The notes beneath the pieces are model-generated. The model made no database searches. It saw nothing but the letters and a program-made list of their open reading frames with translations, and had not been told where the DNA came from. DNA of 64,000 bases. Origin: the human T2T-CHM13v2.0 reference genome, Homo sapiens. The stretch is taken from assembly GCF_009914755.1 (NCBI RefSeq), contig NC_060928.1. The stretch is one strand, 5' to 3'. This document shows positions 56,375 through 64,000 of this stretch, in pieces. Made by a program: the position numbers and the translations under genes. Position 1 is the stretch's first letter, and the number at the start of each line of letters is the position of its first letter.

Positions 56375-57079
56375 TTTTTTGGCTCGTTAATTTGTTTAGG
56401 TTTTTTATAGATTCTAGATATTAGACCTTTGTCAGATGCACAGTTTACAATTATTTCCTCACATTCTGTAGGTTGTTTGGTTACCCTGCTTATAGTTTCT
56501 CTTGCCATGCAGAAGGTCTTTAGTTTAATTAGGCCCCATTTGTCAAATTTTTGTTTTTGTTACAATTGCTTTCGGCATTTTTGTCATGAAATCTTTGCTC
56601 AGTCCTATGTCCAGAATGGTATCTCCTAAGTTATCTCCCAGGGTTTTTATAGTTTTAGGTTTTACATTTAAGTCTTTCATCCATCTTGAGTTAATTTTTG
56701 TATATGGTGTAAAGAAGGGATCCAGTTTCAATTTACTGCATATGGCTACCTAGTTATCCCAGCACCATTTATTGAATCTGAAAAGTTGGCAAAGGACATG
56801 AACAGACAATATTCAAAAGAAGACATACATGTGGTCAAGAAGGATATGAAAAAACACACAATGTGACTAGTCATTAGAGAAATGCAAATCAAAACCACAA
56901 TGAGATACCAGCTCACACCAGTCAGAATGGCTGTTATTAAAAAGACAAAAAATAACAAATGCTACCAGGGTTTTAGAGAAAAGAAAATGCTTATAACTGA
57001 AGGTAGGACTGTAAATTAGTCCAGCCATGGTGGAAAATAGTTTGGCAATTTGTGAAGAACTTAAAACAGAATTGCTATT
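56375..57079 (+). mobile_element. 5'-inverted (twin-primed) L1P fragment: 56375-56777 antisense, 56781-57079 sense
   Basis: The antisense part encodes '[24 protein letters not shown]'; the sense part starts 'aaaagttggcaaaggacatgaacagac', the sequence that follows it in L1 ORF2. Confidence 0.9.
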
Positions 57080-57442
57080 TGATATGATTTGGCTGTGTCC
57101 CCACCCAAATCTCACCTTGAATTGTAACTCCTAAAATTCCCATGTGTTCTGGGCAGAACCCATGGGAGGTCATTGAATTATGGTGGCAGGTCTTTCCTGC
57201 ACTGTTATCTTGATAGTGAATGAGTATTATGAGATCTGATGGTTTTAAAAATGAGAGTTTCCCTGCACAAGTACTCTCTTTGTGACTGCCACCATCCACG
57301 TAAGAGGTGATTTGCTCCTCCTTCCCTTCTATCATGATGGTGAGGCCTCCCCAGCCATGTGGAACTACTAAGTCCATTAAACCTCTTTACCTTCCCAGTC
57401 TCAGGTATGTCTTTATCAGCAGTGTTAAAACGGACTAATACA
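57080..57442 (+). mobile_element. THE1B-like MaLR 5' LTR
   Basis: 'tgatatgatttggctgtgtccccacccaaatctc...ccatccacgtaag...attaaacctct...aaacggactaataca'. Confidence 0.92.
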
Positions 57443-58224
57443 GTAAAGTGGTACCAGTAGAGTGAGGTGCTGCTGAAAAGATATGCAAAAATGTGGAATC
57501 GACTTTGGAACTGTGTAACAGGCAGAGGTTGAAACAGTTTGCAGGGCTCAGAAGACAGGAAAATGAGGGAAAGTTTGAAACTCCCTAGAGACTTGTTGAA
57601 TGGCTTTGACCAAAATGCTGATAATGATATGGACAATGAAATCCATGCTGAGGCAGTCTCAGATGGAGATGAGGAACTTGGGAAATGGAGCAAAGGTGAC
57701 TCTTGTTATGTTTTAGCAAAGAGACTGGTGGCATTTTGCCCCTGCCCTAGAGATATGTGGGATTTTGAACTTGAGAGAGTTGATTTAGTGTATCTGGTGG
57801 AAGAGCTTTCTAAGCAGCAAAGCATTAAAGAGGTGACTTGGGTGCTGTTAGAGGCATTCAGTTTCAAAAGGGAAGCAGAGCATAAAGTTTGAAAAATTTG
57901 CAGCCTGACAATGTGATAGAAAAGAAACTCCCATTTTCTGAGGAGAAATTCAAGCTGGCTGCAGAAATTTGCATAAGTAATGAGGAGCCAAATGTTAATC
58001 ACCATGACAATGGGGAAAATGTCTCCAGGGTATGTCAGAGACCTTTGCGGCAGCTTCCTCCCATCACAGGCCAGGAGGCATAGGAGGAAAAAGTGGTTTT
58101 GTGGGCCACAGCCAGGGTCCCTGCGCTGTGTTCAGCCTAGGGACTTGGTGCCCTGCATCCCAGCCACTCGAGCTGTGGCTGAAAGCTGCCATCTTAAAGC
58201 TAGCTTGGGCCATGGCTTCAGAGG
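57443..58224 (+). mobile_element. THE1-int internal region, 3'-truncated
   Basis: 'gtaaagtggtaccagtagag'; MaLR ORF remnant 'GSEDRKMRESLKLPRDLLNGFDQNADNDMDNE'; similarity stops after 'ccatggcttcagagg'. Confidence 0.9.
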
Positions 58225-59397
58225 ACCTCAAAGATGTTACGGAGCAGTGACAACCCTCTCCAAAAAAATTGGCCTGTCAGAAAAATTGGTGTTGGGCTTT
58301 CATTGTGTAAGTTTCAGTGTATGGATATTTTCATTTTACCTTTGAAATCTGCTAGCATTAGCTTAACACTCACAGGACCCCACTTCATGTCTCCCCTGCA
58401 GATATCTCTGCCTCATCTCATCAACTGTTCATTCCAGTTGGTTTTCCTTTTGTACATAACTTAATTGTTTCAGATTTCTTTCTATTTCAGGGCTTTGTAC
58501 TTACTAAGAAAGAAGATATTCCAACAAGGAGTGTCATTATATATTTATTTATTAAAAATGGTTTATTAAGCACCAAACTAATACATGATAAATGCTGAGT
58601 ATAATAATATGTCTGGCAATGCCTCTGCCTTTATGGTGCTTATGTTCTAGTGTAGAAGACAAAGAGTAAACAAATAAATTTAAAATATAATGGGCAGCTT
58701 TTCTACATTGACAATAAAATATTCTGTGGAAAGAAGATTTTACACTAGGTGCCAATGTTTTCATTTCATATAAGGACAGAAACCCGAGAGAAGATTCAAT
58801 ACTGAGGATTGGTAGAGCTGGAATTTATTAACCTCCAAGGAGAAAGAGTTTTGGAAATCAGGTCTCCAGCATTAGGCCAGAATTCTTTCCAACCAGACCA
58901 CATTGCTGCTCAGGATTGGCTTTCTATTATAGAAACAGTCAGTAACACTGATTATCTTTACAGGTTTGTCACCATTCCACCTCCACACCTTTCTAACGAC
59001 AGAACCATCATGTATGTTTGTTGGATGTCCTAAATATTACAACCCCAAGATGGCAAACCCCTACCTACAATGAAACTTTGTATTTGGGAAGATAACTTTA
59101 AGAAGGAAAAGATGCTGCTATTTGGGGAAACATTAAAACCAGAATAAAAATTGGAAGTAAAAATGAACGTAACCTCATATTTCCTAAATCAGATGTAAGT
59201 GCTACCTTGTTGGCATGTGCATGACCTCTCATTCTGTCTTCAGTGTTCATCATTTGTAGCTTTGCCTTTTAAATCCTGATTATAGACATTCTGCTCTTTG
59301 AGGGATAGGAGTATAAATGTGAACATTTGAAAAATGTGGATTTCCAAGCAAAGTATACTGCACATAATAGATCAAAATTATTTATTAAGATGAATGA

Positions 59398-59576
59398 GCC
59401 AGGCATGGTGGCATGCACCTGTGGTCTCAGCTACTAAGGAGGCTGAGGTAAGAGGCTTGCTTGAACCTGGGAGATTAAGGTTTCAGCGAGTTGTGATCAG
59501 GGTTGGGCACCAGCCTGGTCAACAAAGACTCTGGCTCTAAATAAATAAACAAACAAACAAATAAATAAAATAAATA
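59398..59576 (+). mobile_element. FRAM/AluJ right-monomer-type element
   Basis: 'gccaggcatggtggcatgcacctgtggtctcagctac...gaggcttgcttgaacctgggag' with a (TAAA/CAAA)n tail. Confidence 0.8.
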
Positions 59577-62500
59577 GTACTTGGTAAAGAGTATTTACTC
59601 ATATTCTTTAAATCTCGACTCATTTTTTACTCTCTACCATATTTAATTAAAATGAAAAAATAAAACCTCATCTTTTAGTCTCCTGTTTTCTTCATAGATA
59701 ATTTATAAATATGTGTGTATAAGAATCATTGTTTTGTGATTCTGACTGCCAGTCTCCATGTTAAATTAAGCAAAAAGCTGTCCTGCTGTGCACATGAGTT
59801 GCAGGTGCATAAATTCAGTGCTTAAATAAATGTAAGGGAATTAGCGATACCCAGTGGTTTATTTGAGGTATGTGCACTTTCCTATCGGGTTTGAAATACG
59901 ATGTAATGGCACTCAATTAAGAATGTAGATTTTGAAAAGCCAAATTCAGAAAGAATTTATATAACTCCTTGAGACAAAATAAATTTACAAGAGTCTAGTC
60001 TCATGAGGAACAAATACTCATTTTCATCCATCTTTCCACATTATTTACTTTGATAGTATCATCTTTTTCATTATGGATGATACCAATCCTACTCCTTACT
60101 CTTAATCCCCATTATTTATTAATGTACTAAAGAGAATAGTGGGGCCACCTGAGTTTGATGAGGATATCCCAGGATAGAGGAAGTTCTCAGAAAGTCTAGA
60201 AATAATATTAAAACCAGTAACTTATATTAATATCTATTAGGGTGGTGATAATGATAAGATGATGAGTAAAAGTTCCTTTTCCTAAAGTGTATGTTAAAGA
60301 TAATAACAAGGATGTATGTGTTAAAATATATTGAATCAATATATTAATAAAGCCAAGGTGGGGGACATCTTAGAGATGAAGAATGTAAACATTGTGAGCA
60401 GCTGCAGAGGATTTATACAATAATAAATATGGAATATTATCCATTGCAATTAACAATGAGGTTATTAGTTACTATAACAAGAAGTGTTGCTATGGAAGAA
60501 GAGTGGGAACAGAAGCTGGAAGCAGTTACTTGAGGTACAGGGTATGACCTAAAACGTGACCCTGTTTCACTGTTGTTATTGGAATCATTACTATTGCTGC
60601 CAACCCACAACATTTGTGACAGCTGCCTACATGCCTAGGTGCACCCTTAGAATTTTTGATAGATCCCACACTAGGCTAGTAACTCGGGTTAATAACTTAA
60701 CTCATTTTATTGATTCTACAATTGCCGTTCCCTATCGGAACACAGACATGACACCAGAATTTTTTTATCTCTCAACCCCATAATAAACAACCTGTATTTC
60801 ATATACTCTTTGAAATCTCCTACATTGTGTGACTAATTACTGTTTGGTATCTTCAAACATGAGAGGGGCTAACCAGGGACTCTGTATATTTTAATGTATT
60901 CAGAAATGCTGAGTTTGCACAGATTTAGAAGCTTTAAGAGCCTTAGGTATCTCCACCTAGCGTAAGGCCTGCCACTTGTGACAATTGTAAACGGTGAGTG
61001 AGAATGTTGAACGGTAAGCATACACCATTTTTAAAAACCTGGAGCCGTAAAGAGAAGTGCACAGATAAGGTTTAACTAGAAGGATGTGTAAGAGTAAGAT
61101 AAGTCTTTTTTTCAGTATTAATAAGACTTGAGCATGATGCTGTTTTTGACACATTAATTAGAATCTTGACTATATTTTCTATATCAGAAAATTATAAGTA
61201 ATACATTAAATTGAAATGACCTTGTCATTTAGCTTCCTCTTCACTTTATCTGTAAAACAAGAGGATTGTACAAAATGGTCTTTTATGCTTCTTTTAGTTC
61301 TATGTTTCTAAAATTCTGATCCTGTAGGCCACCTCTTATGCAGAACAGAGAATCCATATAATTATTAGAATTTACTCTAACAGATTAACAATAATAACAT
61401 TTACATTTTTGCCAATATAAATAAGACTGCTGCCCTAACACATATAGATTATATTAAACTAAGCAGTTATTTTTTTCCCTCTGATTTCTCTTGAGATACA
61501 AATTAGGTCAAGAGTTAAATATGGTTCTCTGTGCTTGTTAACTCATTCACTTTTTTTCAATGTCATAGGAGCTGACTGTTGGCTATTCAAATAGTCATAA
61601 TATTCTTAGATTGATGGTACTTGTGGTTAGAAAATTTTTTAATACAGCTTTTTTTAACATGTCTTTATTGGCTTCCAGATTTTGAAGACTTCATATAGTC
61701 ACATTTTGATAATAGTTTGTAAATGCCTAGAATAGAAATGTCAAAGTTAATAACCTGAAAGTCTTTTAAAATGCTATCAGAGTAAGTGGAATCACTTATG
61801 AAAGTGCAACTTGATGTATGTTTTCTCTTGATAGGATTTTTGTCCTATAAACTTATTTTACTTAGTTCAAACAAATGAGTATAACTGAGTAAATTTTTCT
61901 TTTGTTATACTTGCAAAATTATCATTTAATTTCGTTTTGTTTGTTATACATCCTTGAATGAGTAGACTAATTTTCATCTGCCTTTTTACAGGGCAGTTTG
62001 AGGGTTACCAAAGATAAATACCACACACACACATGCAAACAGACATTTACTATATATTTCTGATTTATTTAGTCAATAATACATAACTTAACAGAGCAAA
62101 AGTAGTTGTAGACTTTTACTTGATGTTAGTTTCCTGTAGGACATAATCACTGAAGGTGACTTCTATTCATATAAGATCAAATTTTTTCCTATACAACAGT
62201 TATTTGATAATTCAGTTTACCGTACATTCAACAACAACTAACACTACAGGTTTCCCTTTGAAAATTGTAATGAAAATCAGTCTGTGCTGATTCTTATATA
62301 TTCTCAGCATCAGCTAAGACACATTTTTATTCAGAGAATGTCAGATGATGCAGTATTCAAGGTGTCCCTGATTGATATTTCTGCATTCTTATGCCAGTTT
62401 CTCAGCAAGCCAATCTCTCCATATTATCATGTGTAAGATGTGCAAGCATCCTCATGCTGGTACAACACACACACTGTTTAATTTGTGAATCCATCTGTCT

Positions 62501-64000
62501 CTGCTGGCTGACAAACAGCTAAAAGAGCAGCCTCTTTTATTACATTAAAATATAGAGCTAGAAGACTAGCAGTATGCCTAATATACTGAAGAGGCCAGCC
62601 TTAGCATACATTGACTTTTATTATTTAAATTAATAGCCGTGAGAATGTTGTAGGCTTTTAATTTTCTCTTGCAGAAGAAATTCAGATCTTTGACACTAAT
62701 ATTACATTTCATAAAGTAACATCTTGCTACCGATAATTTGGATTCAGCATTTAAATATTTTTATTGTATTTAAAGTGCTTTCTTTTTTCTATTTCAATTG
62801 AGTTAATATATAATGTTCCTTCTTCAATTCCCATGAGCATTTTCCAGACATTTAGCATGGAGTGTCTTGTGCACATTAAAAAATTGATAAGCACTGTAGA
62901 ATTTTTCAAGAGGTGGACAACATAATTTCTCTTTTCAAATAAAATGCTTAATTTAAGTTTAAAATTGTAATGCAGTGACATTAAAAAAGACGCAGTCTAG
63001 GTCATTAGTTCTTCGAAACCACAATGGGAAATTGATACTGATTTTTATTATTCCTGCTTTATTAAAATGAACACTAATATTAATTTATTTTTTCCCTATA
63101 AGAAAGTTTTATTTTAAGCCAATGGGCTGCAAACTCCATGTAACACATATCAGTGAACGTAAAAAAATACAGTGTATCACATGAACCATAGTATGCTAAT
63201 CATTTCTATAATGCATGCATTTATAAATTATAGTAATGTTCATTGTAAGATAATTAAAATAACTTGATTTACATACAAACTGAAACACTAAAATGTAAAG
63301 TATAGGGACAAAATGAGAAAGTGCAATCTCTTTGCTTCCCAAACAAACTTCAGCATAGGAATATATGGTGTTACGTGGGGCTGGCTTTTAAGTAGCATAC
63401 CCAAAGGCTAAGTTACATAATGAGGAATAATAACATTGCTCAAAACTGAGCTGGAATGGCTAGAACAAAAATAACACTGTGGGTCTAAAAGGTGTTAAAA
63501 TCCATAAAATGAAGGAACTGATGCAGCTAAATAATCCAATTTGCTGTAAACTTAGTTACAGTATATCTGTGACTTTTTTTAATGGAGCAACATGAAGAAA
63601 TATTTTAGATTTTCTATACAGTTTCATTCTGCTTGGCTTACTGGTTTAGCTTTTCGCCTGATAAGCAGCTGTAATAACAAACAATATAACTATGAAATTT
63701 ACTTCTTAAAATGCTTCGGAGAAGATGCAAATGACAGATATCTAACTTACATTGCATAATGTCCTAATGCTGAAATGTTAAATGAAGCTAGGGAGAGCAG
63801 AAAATGTGAAAAACAAAGTAAGATACTTTATTTCTATTAGTTTTTTAATCAAACATTTCAGTATTCCTTATATATGGCTCTACATTTTAATTCAACAAAC
63901 TTTTTAAAAAATATTTGCTATATACCAGGTACTGTATGATTCACAATAAGTAAGACCTGTTCTCCCCAACTTAGTGACTAGTTGAGCAAAAAATGAAATC

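Noticed and set aside
57539-58083. ORFs resembling a domesticated gag
   Set aside because: Ordinary frameshifted THE1-int ORF remnants in a truncated element.

Overview
AT-rich hominoid genomic DNA (AluY and SVA are present, so human or another ape), intronic or intergenic. I can recognise no protein-coding exon, RNA gene or CpG-island promoter. A large share of the window is transposable-element sequence, often nested: a nearly full-length L1PA8-like element with its endonuclease region deleted; a full-length SVA_A-type insertion with a perfect 16-bp TSD and a recently expanded, homogeneous VNTR block; an ancient ERVL pol remnant; an ERV1 solo LTR with a 4-bp TSD; a twin-primed (5'-inverted) L1 hit by a THE1 provirus and later truncated; and HAL1, MLT/MST, MER2, Tigger2a, L2, MIR and about a dozen Alu/FLAM/FRAM pieces. 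Every ORF in the supplied track is either TE-derived or looks like a chance AT-rich frame. I found no well-supported novel biological system. The best leads are recent, possibly polymorphic repeat changes, deletion scars, and a few speculative splice-signal candidates (a 27-nt frame-preserving microexon and a recursive-splice-like site). Subfamily names come from remembered consensus sequences, not a database search, and boundaries of old elements are approximate.
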